Notes: generated by a model from the sequence alone, not told the origin. Shown: positions 13,176 to 28,776, counted from the stretch's first letter. The stretch is 64,000 nucleotides of DNA from Octopus vulgaris (GCA_951406725.2 OX597815.1:136710001-136774000); one strand, 5' to 3'. Translations and numbers: made by a program.

Positions 13176-13451
13176 TATATCAAGGGTACATAAATACAGA
13201 TATATATATGCACAGCAAACGATATACTTACATATACGAGCGTCGTACATACATACATAAGGTAGCATATTTACGGCAAGAGAACCCTATAGAATAAGTA
13301 GCAGACTTGAAAAATAAGTACTATAGTGCATTTGCTCGACAAAACAGTGCAAGGCAGTATGTCCGAAGTCCAATGTCTAACACAAGTACAAAGTGAAGCC
13401 TAAAAGATAATACAAATAAATGAACCATATAATATTATATATAAACATATA

Positions 13452-13678
13452 TACTCTTACCCTTTTACTCTTTTACTTGTTTCAGTCATTTGACTGCGAC
13501 CATACTGGAGCACCGCCTTTAATTGAGCAACTCGACCCCGGGACTTATTCTTTTGTAAGCCCAGTACTCATTCTATCGGTCTCTTTTGCCGAACCGCTAA
13601 GTAACTGGGACATAAACACACCAGCATCGGTTGTCAAGCAATGCTAGGGGGACAAACACAGACACACAAACACACACA

Positions 13679-13750
<72 letters not shown>

Positions 13751-13910
13751 TATACGACGGGCTTCTTTCTGTTTCCGTCTACCAAATCCACTCACAAGGC
13801 TTTGGTCGCACCGAGGCTATAGCAGAAGACACTTGCCCAAGGTGCCACGCAGTGGGACTGAACCCGGAACCATGTGGTTGGTAAACAAGATACTTACCAC
13901 ACAGCCACTC
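13452..13910 (-). mobile_element. tRNA-derived SINE (family 1) with internal (CA)n(TA)n
   Basis: Minus-strand head gagtggctgtgtggtaag...ccgggttcagtcccactgcgtggcaccttgggcaagtgtcttc; same head at 53562-53730. Confidence 0.85.
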
Positions 13911-13930
13911 TATCTATTTATCTATCTATG

Positions 13931-14089
<159 letters not shown>

Positions 14090-14313
14090 ATATTTCGGGA
14101 TGGTCTTTTTCTTACGTCTCTTACCCAACTCTTCGTCGGGAAGGAAAGGCAAGAGCACACACAAATACGGAAGTTATCGCCGAGCAGCTCACAGATATGT
14201 GACGAAAGGTTTTTGTACAATGGACACGAGTTACAATACGAAAACTACTAAACGCCTTCTCATCAGGAATCTTGTAACACAAATTTAGAAGCGTATATAT
14301 ATATGTATGTATG

Positions 14314-14347
<34 letters not shown>

Positions 14348-14411
14348 TGTATGTATGTATGTATGTATGTATGCATGTATGTATGTGTGTATGTATGTAC
14401 ATACATATATA

Positions 14412-14955
14412 CGAGCAAAAAACCCCCCGTCCAATGGACGGTGCTGAATCATATCGGTTGAATAAAAAGCAATCAGTGTTTTCTTTTAATTAAAAAATAA
14501 TTAAGCATGCCTGCCTTTATTTCAATAAAATTTGTGGTTTTGTTAAACAAAGTTAAGGCAAAAAAAAATTCTTGAGAAACCAAATAGTTTTTCTTTCCTT
14601 CATGCCAAGTTTGAAGAAAATATCTTTTTCATCTTACTTTTTGGGTCTCTTAAATATACTGCATTTTGTGGCATTATTTCAAGTCAGCCGGCTTTTTTTG
14701 GCGCAAAGTGCACGTGCATTTTTCTCTCGTACGCGTAGTATTGATCGCAACAGTTAATGCACTTGCGCGTACAAATGCACGTTCCCACGGCTTTATCGAT
14801 CGTATTCTCACCTAGAATCGATTTTTGTAATTTTTTCAAGACTTATACACGCCCTGATACCGTCGGTATCTACATATCAAATTTGAGCGCAATTGGATGG
14901 AGGATGCCCGAGTTCCTAGAAGACACACAGACAGACAAAACGATTTTATATAATA
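14412..14955 (-). mobile_element. Non-autonomous Helitron-like element
   Basis: Subterminal hairpin ccgtcc-aat-ggacgg (14427-14441) about 11 nt from a CTCG (CTRR-like) end on the minus strand. The other end resembles the 5' end of the adjacent Helitron. Confidence 0.55.
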
Positions 14956-15353
14956 CTAGCAGTATCGCCCGGCGTTGCTCGGGTTTGTAAGGGAAATAAC
15001 AATATAAGCATTTTTAGAGAGTTATAGCCAAAAAATAGCAAAAAGATGCATTAAAAATGGGAAAAAATGATGGTAATTTTTTTTTAATCGTTGACTCATC
15101 GTAGACATTTTTAGAGACTTACTTCCCTTATATAATAGCGAAAAAAATGGATTAAAATGGAAAAAAAAATGAAGGTAATTATTTTTTAAAATCGTAGACT
15201 CATCGTAGACGCGTGCTAATACCCAGAAGGGCTCGATATGAATCACGACTATAAGATACTCGGTTTTTGTTAAACTGCACCGCAAAATGTGGTAGTAGTT
15301 AGGAATCTAAATCGTAGGAGACAGACACACAACTTGACTTTTATATATAAAGA
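14956..15353 (-). mobile_element. Non-autonomous Helitron
   Basis: Minus strand starts A|TCtttatatataaaag and ends cccgagcaacgccggg hairpin-cgatactg-CTAG|T; inserted in AT with no TSD. Confidence 0.8.
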
Positions 15354-15794
15354 TAGATATATATATATATATGTATATATATACAGATATACATATATAT
15401 ACACACACACACACGCATATACAGTCGTGGGTGAGTAGTAAGGGAGATTGCTTTCTAACCATGTGGTCTTGGAGTTCAGTCTCACTGCTTTAGGTGAATT
15501 TTAAAATTGATCTCAACAATCAAGACTTGAATATCGTATGTTTTCCTCGTGACCGGTCTAAGGTACTTCAATCTTTATATTTTACTTTGAGTAGCCAGGC
15601 CACAGCGGACAAAAATATCCAAGGTGAAAACTGGCGAAAGTGGAGAAGGGAATAACAGCGAGAGGAGGGTAACTAGACCTAAAAGTCATGAGGGGCTAGA
15701 AACACGCCCCCAGGGTCGTGTCGACTTTGTTGAATATATGGACACCCCTTCTTATGTCACTGTCGCCGGTCTTTAGCGGTGTTTGATGCCACGA

Positions 15795-15930
15795 GGTCTT
15801 AGCCCTTGAAAAGAGTGTATGGCAGCATAAGTGCAGCTTCTTTGCTGAAGTGGAGTAACTCAAATTTATTCTCGTTTAGCTGCATATTGTGTTTTTCTGT
15901 CCATCGGATATCTGCGATATCTATTTGTTT
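15795..15930 (-). mobile_element. CR1 RT fragment
   Basis: WTEKHNMQLNENKFELLHF, matching the CR1 RT segment at ~55390-55450. Confidence 0.65.
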
Positions 15931-17117
15931 TTCTTTCAATACGTTTTTGCATTTCAAATACCTTATACATTTCTGGTGATTCGAAATTTCCGAAGAACTT
16001 TTGAGCACCTATTATCGATACTTTATGTATGGCCATAAGTTTCTCTGAGGTAAAGCTCAAAGAAACAGAATGACTACCTAATACTAAAACTATGTGCAGC
16101 ACGTATTCATTACGTAAAGTATCAATTACATATTGACCTAGACTACCCAAAAGCTACGAAACAAAAACAAATATCTGATGGGGATTTAGAGCAAAGGAAT
16201 GTGAAACTATAACTGTCTTCCAATCGCCCACTGCACCTCAATACTTTTTTGCATGCAGAAGAATTACAATGTTACCTCTCGGCCCACATACCTACTATCG
16301 TCCCACTGAATGCCAAACATTTTCAAGCCGAAACTTTTGCTAAATCCTTCACTTTCTTCGCATGAATAAATCCGCTAACTGATTGAACGTCTTATTTTAT
16401 TCTTAGAAATTAAATGCTAACTTCTATCTGCACACAGTCTTTCAGTCTGAACAAGAGCCTAATAAAATATCTACGAGATGTAACGATAAGTTTAATCTCA
16501 AACTTTGAAACTGCTTCTGATCTAGCAAACCTCTGACTAAAGAAGCATTTAGAGAAACAATTCTCAGAAACCAATCCCTGTAGATTATGTCGTTTCGGTT
16601 CTCTCTTTATATCCAATGACAATCTACTTAAGCTTTATATAGATTTAAGAAATCCTAGTAACATATCACACAACTATATTATGAATCCTAACATAATATA
16701 TATGATATTGCAATCGATAGTAATACTTAATACATTCAGTATATATAGCTTATTGCGATACTACATGATATAAATTGATATATAATAATCTGTTTATGTA
16801 GCTTTGTTATATGTAATGTACACTGTTATGCAAAAGAATTCTCATAAAGTGATTTCTCTAACCCCAAAGTAGCCATCATCGATTAACGCCTCTTAATAAA
16901 GATTAACTACGGATTGGCACGGTACTTGGTATTCCAACAAACACAATTTTTAACATGTAATCGTGTATGTGTGTTTGTGTGTGTGTGTGTGTGTGGAGCG
17001 AGAGAGAGAGAGTGAGAGAGAGAAAGACAGACAGATTGACTGACAGATGGAGAGAGAAAGACAGACGGACGGACGGACAGATAGCTAGCTAGCTATATAT
17101 ATATATATATATATATA

Positions 17118-17539
<422 letters not shown>

Positions 17540-19069
17540 GTCGATTACCAGCGAAAATGTATTATAATGAGTCTATTTGCTGTGTGTTTTGACACTTGTT
17601 CTTTAGAGAGAAACTATATACCTCAGTATATCAGAATGACAATGCCTATATCACGGCCTTCCCTTTTCACATTAAGCTAAAAAAATCAAAGGACGGTAAA
17701 ATTTAATGTGAATTGCTTGGTGAGGGATGGGAGAAAGAAAAATATAACGTCAGCTGTGTATAGTGTGGGGAGAGTGCGATAAGGGACGTAGCAAGTAAGG
17801 AGAGGGGTGCTTCATTTTATAACCTGAGCCGAGCCTGCTGGAGTTAGAGGATAAAATGGAGGTGATGATCACACGGTGAAATGAAAAGTGTGGAGGTGGG
17901 AAGCAAACCAAGAAGGAAAATGTCAAAGGAAAAACACAAAATAAAACTGACGTGCATATGGGGTTAGAGAAGCAAAGGAAACAGAGTGTGAATAAATAAG
18001 CAAACAACTTCGAGTAGTGCTAAGAATTATCTAAAATTAAAAATTTTCATACAAAACGAAGTAGAAAACTTCAGATTTAGAAGACAATTGCGGTGGCCTA
18101 TGTCGAGCTATATGAATGCTATTTCTTGCATGGTGAGCTCGCATGCAGAGGCATTCCCTCGTTGGCTTGAAGTAAACTAGTTCCTTGTAAACTAGTTCAA
18201 TCCTTAATCGATATGACTAATTATGACATGTGTCCCACTTCCCATCATTTCGACTTTACATACATATATATAATTACATATGATACGTGATAATAAGCAT
18301 TGTGATACGGATTACCTAGTTTACAATTAATCAAGGGGACACTTATTTATTCAATCGCATAAACATTATCTGATAAAGATGAAACTGAAATGAAAAAGAA
18401 AGAGTTAATGAATAATCATTGAATAGATACACGAAAGAATGTATGAATAAATGAACAGATCGGTAGATGTATAAAATGGCTTAACCTGTAGCGAACATAA
18501 ATATTTATAAGAAAAGATAGGATGCACTTCTGGTTTCATTTCTAAAGCCACTATCTTTTGTGAGCAGATATGATAGTGAGTTTCATGTTTCGTGAGAGGA
18601 CAAAGTGCGACACCGACAAGCTATCATCCTGAAAGATACCTTTTTGGTAGTGAATGCTATCCGACTGAATTTGCTCCTTACCACTCCTAAAGAGCAAAAT
18701 GGTGTACTAAGTCTTGTTCAGGTGTTCAAGCACTCACTAGTGGTTGTAGAACACTGGCTAACGGTAAAGCCTCGATAATCCACTCAGGCAGTTTACTATC
18801 AAAAACCTGTTGATATTTCAGCTACAATATGGTTACGTTCCTCAGACTTTTTTACTGTTTTTCGCGGATCATTGTGTTAACAGCTGCTATATACAGTACT
18901 GCCCCCGCCTCCTATTTATCTCCAGCTTGCTTAAGTGTTATAATGTTTTTGGTGGTTCAATGAGCCTGCAAAAACCGGATTGCTGCACCCAGTATAATGT
19001 TTTTAGCAAGTGTGGTTTGACTATTTTAGGGGATAATGAGAGTAGTTGCACTTGATAAGTATTCAGGTA

Positions 19070-19771
19070 GAACTATGTTACTACATTTTAACCCCAGGAA
19101 AACGACTTTTCCAGCTGATTAATGGCACACAACTTGTGTCCGATATATTGTGAGTAAGGGAGCGAATCACTCCCCTCCTGCTTGTTAAAACCAGTAGATG
19201 AGAGATAAAGACTCAAAAACCATGGACTATTGGTCTTGCCAAGCTGGAGGGGAGTAATTCGCTCCCTTACCATATATCGGCTACAGGTAGTGTGTCGTTA
19301 ACCAGCTGAAGAAAATATTTTCCTGGGATTAAAATGTAGTAACAAAGTTCTTTATAGAACAACCATGTTATAGTGGCAAAAAAAACGTTACCGTCTAGTA
19401 TTGTTGCTACTTATATCTGGTTTAGAGATTTTAGAATTAGCTACTCTGCGCATTACGAGATCAGCGGCTCTCTGTCGCTTCTCTGTTTACGTATTATGAG
19501 TAGGGACGATTGACTGCCATTTCTAACGGGCAGGTATCCAGTGCCGATGAAGGGTAAAGACTAAAAAACCATGGTCTCCTGGTTTTACCAAGCTGGAGGT
19601 AAGTGATTCGCTCCCTTACTCACAATAAATCAGACAGGTTGAGTGTCGTTAAGCAGCTGGAAAAGACGTTTTCCTCAGGTTAAAATGTAGTAACATAGTT
19701 CTTTATAACATGGCCATGTTACAGTGGCAAAAAAACACCTTACTGTCTAGTATTGCTACTACTTATATCTC
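19070..19771. mobile_element. PLE-type arrangement: one inverted copy plus two direct ~350-bp-spaced copies with degenerate HHR
   Basis: 19070-19195 is inverted relative to 19225-19350; 19205-19418 recurs at 19555-19771. HHR-like ccagtg-CCGATGA-ag..ct-AAAAAA-ccatgg-TC-tcctgg at 19538-19582. Confidence 0.75.
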
Positions 19772-19784
19772 ATTATTTACATTA

Positions 19785-20290
<506 letters not shown>

Positions 20291-20309
20291 GTACTTGTAT
20301 CTCGTTATG

Positions 20310-20371
<62 letters not shown>

Positions 20372-20377
<6 letters not shown>

Positions 20378-20470
20378 CAAAGCAGCAGAAAATTCAACAA
20401 AACCTGTTACCCGTTGCCGTTCAACTCAGAGTACCAGGTTTTGTTGAATTTTCTCCTGCTTTAAATAAAG
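20372..20470. mobile_element. Short fold-back with HHR stem-III remnant (aactcagagta)
   Basis: aaagcagcagaaaattcaacaaaacctg / caggttttgttgaattttctcctgcttt. Tail gcatattactct shared with the 28777 element; starts at (TA)n. Confidence 0.65.
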
Positions 20471-21807
20471 CATATTACTCTGGTGCCAGATATGAGTAAT
20501 TTATTTCGATACACCACCACTCCCAGGGGACGGGGTATCTACAACCGAAAACCCACATAGAGGTATTTGCAATTATTATTATACACATAAAATCGTGCTT
20601 CCTCTTCATTTCCCACAAGTTTGGACTTAATGCACAGTTCGTCCGTTTTCTTCTTGCTGCAAAATGTGGTAGTATTTACTAATGTCATTTTATTATTTTT
20701 ATTAAATTTATTACGTCAATTTATCGGTCAAGGGAGGAGCCACGTACGCAGCGCTCTTTGACTTGTAGATCATAAGAAATCGATGCGTGCTTAAGGCGTG
20801 TTTTAGCGGAAGTAACATGTGGTAATTATAAAAACCACGTTTGGGAGATGCTCCAGAACATCAGCTTCCAGTTTCTGAATCAGTTCAGCAATGCTAACAG
20901 ATTTATAACTGTAAATGCGTCATACTTTTCGACAGTAATCTCCAGGGTTTCTTCTCTTTTTTTAGGCCTTAGTTTTCACATGACATTAAGGGACAGTATT
21001 TACTTGTGAACTATTCTGCTGATAGTTGCCTTGACGTAAGTCGTATAAATGGGATTGTATTAGTATGAATTTCGTACCACATTTGCAGTGCTCTATATAG
21101 CCAACACAGAAAAGAGACGTTCCTAATCAAAATACCACTCCCTGTATCAAGTATTTTGATGACATTGTTATTGTAGCAGGCTAATAAAAAAAAAAGAAAA
21201 TCTCGAAAATTATTCCGTCCTTACAATCAGACGTAGTTCTAGTATAAATTCTGGCCCAAACCCTACCCTGTCTTAGATAATAACTTGGCAATACAAACCA
21301 CAAATATAGCATCTCCGTATATTCAAAAAACACATAGAAATACCTGTGCAGTGAAAGTGACCTGATACAGGTCAATTATCTACGGCCAGATGCTTAGACG
21401 GACTTTTGAACTTTCGTCCACTGAACAATTTTCATATAAAAGAAATACTGGGTGCAAAACTAAAATGATAAAATGATAAGAATATTAAAACTTCGACGTC
21501 ATACAGTGCTAACTTGCACAAAAATAAGAAAGGAAAGAATAAAAACGTGGACAAAGAGAAATAATAAGTACAGCCATAGTGCACATGGTAAAATGCAAAA
21601 ACACAGTTAATTGAGAAATAAAACTACCATAAAGAGAAACATGTGCATACTCACGTCAGGAATAATGTTAGTGAAGCAAGTAATTTTGTGGTAATTTCCT
21701 TGAAAAATTAGCATACCAGGTCATACCAGAATAAATTCTCTCATTCAGCAATCACTGACGCTACAAAATACAAACATATCGTCTATTATAAGAACAAGAA
21801 ACGTTCT

Positions 21808-22018
21808 GAGGTGGCAGAATCATTAGCACGCCGGACAAAATGCTTAGAAACATGTCGTCTATCCTTACATTTTGAGTCGAAATTCCGCCGAATTCGACCT
21901 TGTGTTTCATCCCTTCGGGGACAATAAAATTGGTACCGGCTGATTTTGAGATTGATGTAACCAACTATCCCGCTTCTCCAAAATGTTAGGCCTTGTGCCT
22001 ATTGTAGAAAGGCTATTA
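21808..22018 (+). mobile_element. tRNA-derived SINE (family 2, Nin-domain-like), diverged
   Basis: gtggcagaatcattagcacgccgg...aaattccgccgaattcgaccttgtgtttcatcccttcgggg. Confidence 0.75.
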
Positions 22019-23879
22019 CAAAGACGATGTGGTCACAGATTGGATAAATACTGCTATAACTTTTAAAGCAAAACATAATATATAACATTCAACCGAAAAT
22101 TTATTTTTAGAATCACCAGAAGATAAAATCTCCTCATTGCCATAGACAACCAGCATAATATAAAAAAAAAAAATTCAATGTAAACATGAAAATTACAAAT
22201 CTCATTATACCTAACACACGTTACATCTGACACACAAATAAGGAAATTTCTCCTCGTTAACGATGCATGTAGATCAAAGAGAAATCTCAACGCATTATTA
22301 TGGAGTTCAAGAAATAAGAAAAACATTATTTGACAGGCTCAGAATTTTATGGAGAAATTCGCAAAAAAAAAGACAAAAAAACAAAATGAATAACTAGGGA
22401 GGTTTACTAATCACTACATACAAATTAAAAGACAAATCAGAGAGACAGAAAGACACAAACAGACGGAGAAGTAGAGACAGACTGACTGAGAGATTATATT
22501 ATAGAATGAACTAAGAAACCTCCCAAGGTTTAAGCACTGCATTATTTTAACACGTTACTAAATTTATAGATTATAAAAGACTTCCAATAACTGTTTGCGA
22601 CCAACGCTTAAGCACGCATACAACATGCGTTTCATTTTGAGCACGATGCTATTAAAGACTTGAAATGTTGACAGATAGAATGAATTTAGAACAAAAACGT
22701 TTAACAATAACATAAAATAACGAAAAGAATTTCAAATATATTCAAATCAAATACAGTGAGTCTTTAATACATATTCACACACACAAGACACAAGATGCAC
22801 ATCCATATTAGCACACACACTCATATATATATATATATATTAAAACATACTACTGGTATATACATATATTATTGATGCAAACATGTATATACATATACAT
22901 TATGTATTATATGTCGGTATATTTTTTGTATATATACATATATCTGTGTGTGTATGTGCACGCATATATGTATGTATATGTACATGTACATATATACACA
23001 TGTGTGTTTGTTATATTATATCGGGCCATATATGTAAAATGTTGGAGTGTACGCGGTTTGTGGTGAGAAGGAGGATGCTTTTGATTTTTGTTTTTCTTTG
23101 TCGTTAATGAATAGAATGAATCAAGAAAAAAGCTGTATTGATGCAGCTACTATTCAGGAGTTTAATGGTTAAAATAATAAACTAACAGAAAAGTGAGAAA
23201 GGATCAACTAAATAACGTGGGAAAACTTATTACATGATAGAAAAGAGTAGAAGAGAATAAAAAATGTAGAATCAACGAGAAAAAAAAAGAAGCGTTAAAA
23301 GAAACACTCATATTAACTATTGCAGTGATCTCATAGTTATTTTCTGCGGAGTAGATTGTACAAAGCTGCATCTAAAACTGCACCAGAAGCTGCATACAAG
23401 CAGTTGCATCAGAACACTGCTTGTATAAATGAAAGCTTTTAAAAACTGCATATCTTCTGAGGTGATATAGAGCAACACTGTGCAGCATTGTGCAGCGGCG
23501 GTGGTCTGCGGTACGTTGCAACTTGTGCAGCCTGGTTGAGAACACAGAGCGGTGAAAAAGAAGCTGCAAACTTTCTTTCGGGAGGACAATCCAAGTATAC
23601 TGAAACAATATATTTATATATAAAAAAAACATTAACTCCGGCAGAGAGTTATATCTAGCTACCTATCTACCTATGTAGATCTATCTATCTCAATGAATCT
23701 ATCCATCAATCTGTCTAATTATCTATCTACCTAACAACGTATATATTCCTCTGGATTTCTGCCAGTCAACCTGCCTACATATATACGTACACAATGAAAC
23801 ATATATTTATATTAATCTACTTAGAATCTCTCATTCACTCTCTTCCTCTCTGTCTCAACCTTTCTCTCTCTTCCCTACA

Positions 23880-23970
23880 CACACACATACATGTGCGTGT
23901 GTGTGCGTATATATATATACACACAAATATGTACATATATGTATATACGTGTATATATATATATAAATAT

Positions 23971-24014
<44 letters not shown>

Positions 24015-24058
24015 CATATATATCTATATATATATATATATATGTATATATATGTATA

Positions 24059-24116
<58 letters not shown>

Positions 24117-24168
24117 CATATGTCTATATAAATATATATACGTATACATACATGTATACTTGTATGTA

Positions 24169-24211
<43 letters not shown>

Positions 24212-24556
24212 TTATGCACATGCACATATGTATATACATATGTGTGTGGGTGTACGTAGATGTATACATACGGATATATATATTTATATATGCCGGTGTG
24301 TGGCTATGTAAATATGTATAATTTCCTGTGACACGAATATGTACAACTTTTATGTAGACTTCGAATGCGACAACGTATACTTGCTATATGTACAATAGAA
24401 TAAAATAATAATTATGTATTTATACCATTACATACCTACATATATATATCTTTATACATATCTACATATATATATATGTATATATATATATATACATATA
24501 TACGTACACGCATATGCATATATTGATGATATATATATATATATGTATATATATAG

Positions 24557-24609
<53 letters not shown>

Positions 24610-24705
24610 CATATAAATATATACATATAAATATATATATATGCCTATATATTACAGAGATAATTAGACACACGCACGCACACACAAACACACAAACATA
24701 TAGAC

Positions 24706-24756
<51 letters not shown>

Positions 24757-24995
24757 AGAGACAGGCAGAGACAGACAGCAACAGCTATATTCACATATGT
24801 ATATATAGTTAGATGCATACATATATAGATCTGTAGACATGTAGTTATAGTTAATTAATCATGTATGCCTCCGTGTATGTGGTGTATGAGTGCGTGTTCG
24901 TTTCAAAGTTGTAGGAATTGGACGATATGGGATGAGTCACACAGACACGATATAATGATAGACAGAAGACCAATAGTGAAGTAATATATATACAT

Positions 24996-25026
<31 letters not shown>

Positions 25027-25082
25027 GTATGTATATATATATATATATATATATATGAGTGTGTGTATATATATATATCTAC

Positions 25083-25113
<31 letters not shown>

Positions 25114-25178
25114 TATGAGTATATATATTTATATGTATATACATATATATACATATATATACATATACATGCATATAC

Positions 25179-25211
<33 letters not shown>

Positions 25212-25230
25212 CATACATGAATACAAATAT
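23880..25230. repeat. Extended imperfect (TA)n/(CA)n/(GA)n microsatellite region
   Basis: Seen directly. Similar large tracts at 5570-5795, 27190-28300, 37710-38290 and 39525-39790. Confidence 0.95.
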
Positions 25231-26066
25231 TTATTTGTATATACATATGTTCATACGTTTGTATATTCTTAGGCTGAATGCCACGCAGATAGGTGGTTAG
25301 TTAGAACAGTTAGTAAACCTGGACCTCACTCCTTAAGCATTTCTGTTTTCACTTCTAAGATTTTTTATTAACATCAACTGTTATTAAAATACTATGTCTC
25401 AATTTATTATGCTATCAACGATTCTTTTTAATTAAGCAGTAACGATAATTATACTAAATTAATTATTTTACTTAATGTAACATTACAGTTACAGAATTAT
25501 TAATATGATCTATCAATATCTCGAAGGTGTCATTTATGGGAAACGCTATTGAAGAATCATAGCTTTAATTTACTATTATTTAAACGAATACATAAATATT
25601 ACGCAACATAATACATAATAGAAATATGCAAATGAAATGCTAAATAGAAAACAGATAAATCCATCTAACTGCCACTGCATTAGTCGGCTACCCCGAAAAG
25701 TCGATAAGTCTAGAAGTTTGCATAAGAAAACGTAGTAAAATGTTTGCAACAATTTTTGTAAGATGAAATTTTGTAATACGAAGTAATTAGCTTTAACAGC
25801 CTAAATATAATCATAGTTTTATATTCACTAACTTAAATTACTTGAGTATTATAGGTTCATAAGTTCTCTTCTAAAACGCAAAACAGCCACCACCCCGCCG
25901 GCACTCACACACGCCACAGTCTCTATCCTGTCACCTCTTTCTTTCTCTATCTCTCTCCCTCTCTCACACTCAGTCCCTCTCTGTTTTACACATACAAACA
26001 TACACACAAATGCACATTAATAACACACACGCATACATGTATGATATATATATATATATGTGTGTG

Positions 26067-26112
<46 letters not shown>

Positions 26113-27374
26113 CATATATATATATATATAATTATATAATAAATATATGTGTATTATACACACACATATTTATATATATACATATATGTGTATGTGCCTT
26201 TGTATTTTAATATATTTATATATATATGTGTGTGTGTGTCCCTGTGCATGTGTGTATCGTGCGTGTATGAGTGTATGTGATTTGAATGAATATATGTATA
26301 TGCATCACACAGACACTTATACAGAAGCTGAACGGACAGTCGCAACAACACACACAAACACACCCATATGATTATGCGTGTGTTTATACAGTTATTCTGT
26401 TGTTCTTAACTATGAATTTTTTTCTATTTAGATCAGCAATATTTTTTTTAATTCATATCCTATTCTTTCTTTGTTTATTTTTTTTATTAATGTTCGTAAA
26501 ATAACCTCACTTATGTTTCGATAAAAATTTTCGAAATATTCTCCGCACAATAATTTCATAACTTCCATAATATCAAACAAAAACCAAACAAACAAACAAA
26601 CAAAGGAAGAGAACAGACAAAAAATAAATATGTATGCAAAAGTAAAGAATGACCCACCCATAACTCAATGACTCCCAACCTTCCTCTCACTCCCTCACCT
26701 TCTGTATCTTTCTCTCTTCACCCTCCGTCTCTCTCTCTCTCTCTCTCTCTTTCTCTCCCACACACACACTCACAGAACTGCTCTCAAACATATAACCACA
26801 TACATACGCATATTCACTCACACTCACACGCACTAATATACGCAAGCGAAACAAACCAGCTGACATTGAGAACAAGCTGCCATCGCATCGACTCAAAATT
26901 TCAACGTATTGTACAGACAGGCCTCCATCCACTGTGTTATACTGTAAGTATTACTTTTACGCATTGTTTTATATACCAAGTTGTTTTTGTTGTTGTTTTT
27001 TGTTTGTTGTCAAAATTTTCACTCTTTTATACTAATTGTTAATCTTTTGCGTTGCTTAGAAAAATAAGTTTACGGAATGGAGAACTCAATATCATACATT
27101 GAGTAAGATATTTACAAAATAGTTCACTTAATAACCCATTACTCAGGGCTTCACACCTGAAAGCTCAGATGAGCTTCCGTGTGCGTGTGTGCGCGTATAT
27201 ATATAGCACGTATGCATATAGATATATATATACACAATCATACATACACACACACACACATATATATATATATTATATACATATATGAATATAAATACAT
27301 GTATATATATTTATATATATACGCATATACATGCAGGTATGCCTATGGATACCTATATATAAATATCAAATATA

Positions 27375-27425
<51 letters not shown>

Positions 27426-27452
27426 AATATATGTCTATATATATGTGTATAC

Positions 27453-27502
<50 letters not shown>

Positions 27503-27756
27503 ATATATATATATACGCATATGGAAATACCTCTACTCATATCACTACATTACTGAAAATATTTTAAAACTCTATATAAACGTTGATTAACTTATGAAAA
27601 GAGAAACTGCTCACAAAACTGGGACTCTAAAGTTAGAACTGGTCAGAAAACTGATACCGGTAATGGTATTGCTGTAATATCTAGTTTTTTAACTTAATAT
27701 TCTTAGACTACGTAAAACATTTTACGAGTTTCCGTCTCCCCGTATACTACTACCAA

Positions 27757-27864
<108 letters not shown>

Positions 27865-27962
27865 TAGGAATAAGAAGTATTAAAAGCAGGATCACAGCAA
27901 TAACAACAGTAATAATATATTAATTGCCACTGGATTAAAAGATGAGTAAATTATATATACAC

Positions 27963-28048
<86 letters not shown>

Positions 28049-28107
28049 GTATATATATATATAATATATATACATATATAAATACATACATATATATATA
28101 TATATAA

Positions 28108-28138
<31 letters not shown>

Positions 28139-28200
28139 CATATATATATATATATAGATAGATAGATATATATCTATATATACACGTACATATATAAATC

Positions 28201-28233
<33 letters not shown>

Positions 28234-28578
28234 TTATATATATAATGTATATATATATATATATATATGCTTATATATATATATATATATAAATATATAT
28301 AGAAACATAAAGTATATGATTGCATGTCTATTATATGTCTGTATGTGTACGTTTTTATTTAAGATATGTAGACATGCATTCCAAACCATGGTAGCGTTGA
28401 ATTCATGGATGAAAGAACCAAGATATCTGATCCCTGTTTACTTCAGACCTGAATCAAAATATATCAAACTCTGCACACAAATTAAATGCTGAGTGCAACA
28501 CATTGATGTACAAAATAAGAAAAAATTATTACATACACTGGCAAAATCCCACGCACTTACAGTCACAGATATGAAGAT

Positions 28579-28624
<46 letters not shown>

Positions 28625-28688
28625 TATACGTATATATAAGTATACATATATATAAGTATAAATATATATATACATATATATATATATG

Positions 28689-28722
<34 letters not shown>

Positions 28723-28736
28723 TACACACATACATA

Positions 28737-28776
<40 letters not shown>

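Larger units (their letters stand above)
12397..13258 (-). mobile_element. Head-to-tail ~480-bp repeat (1.8 units), each unit with a hammerhead motif; PLE pseudo-LTR/retrozyme-like
   Basis: 12397 and 12878 both begin ataaatttatatatgaggataatatcg; the copies differ at about 3 positions. Starts at a (TA)n tract. Confidence 0.85.

Noticed and set aside
14225-14270. Minus-strand CTGATGA-gaaggc..gttttc hammerhead candidate between (TA)n tracts
   Set aside because: Stem II is plausible but GAAA is replaced by GTAT and stem I/III are unclear; at best a decayed copy.
28441-28580. Next exon after the 27060-27102 candidate (cttcag acceptor)
   Set aside because: In-phase continuation hits a stop after ~15 codons, and there is no strong donor.
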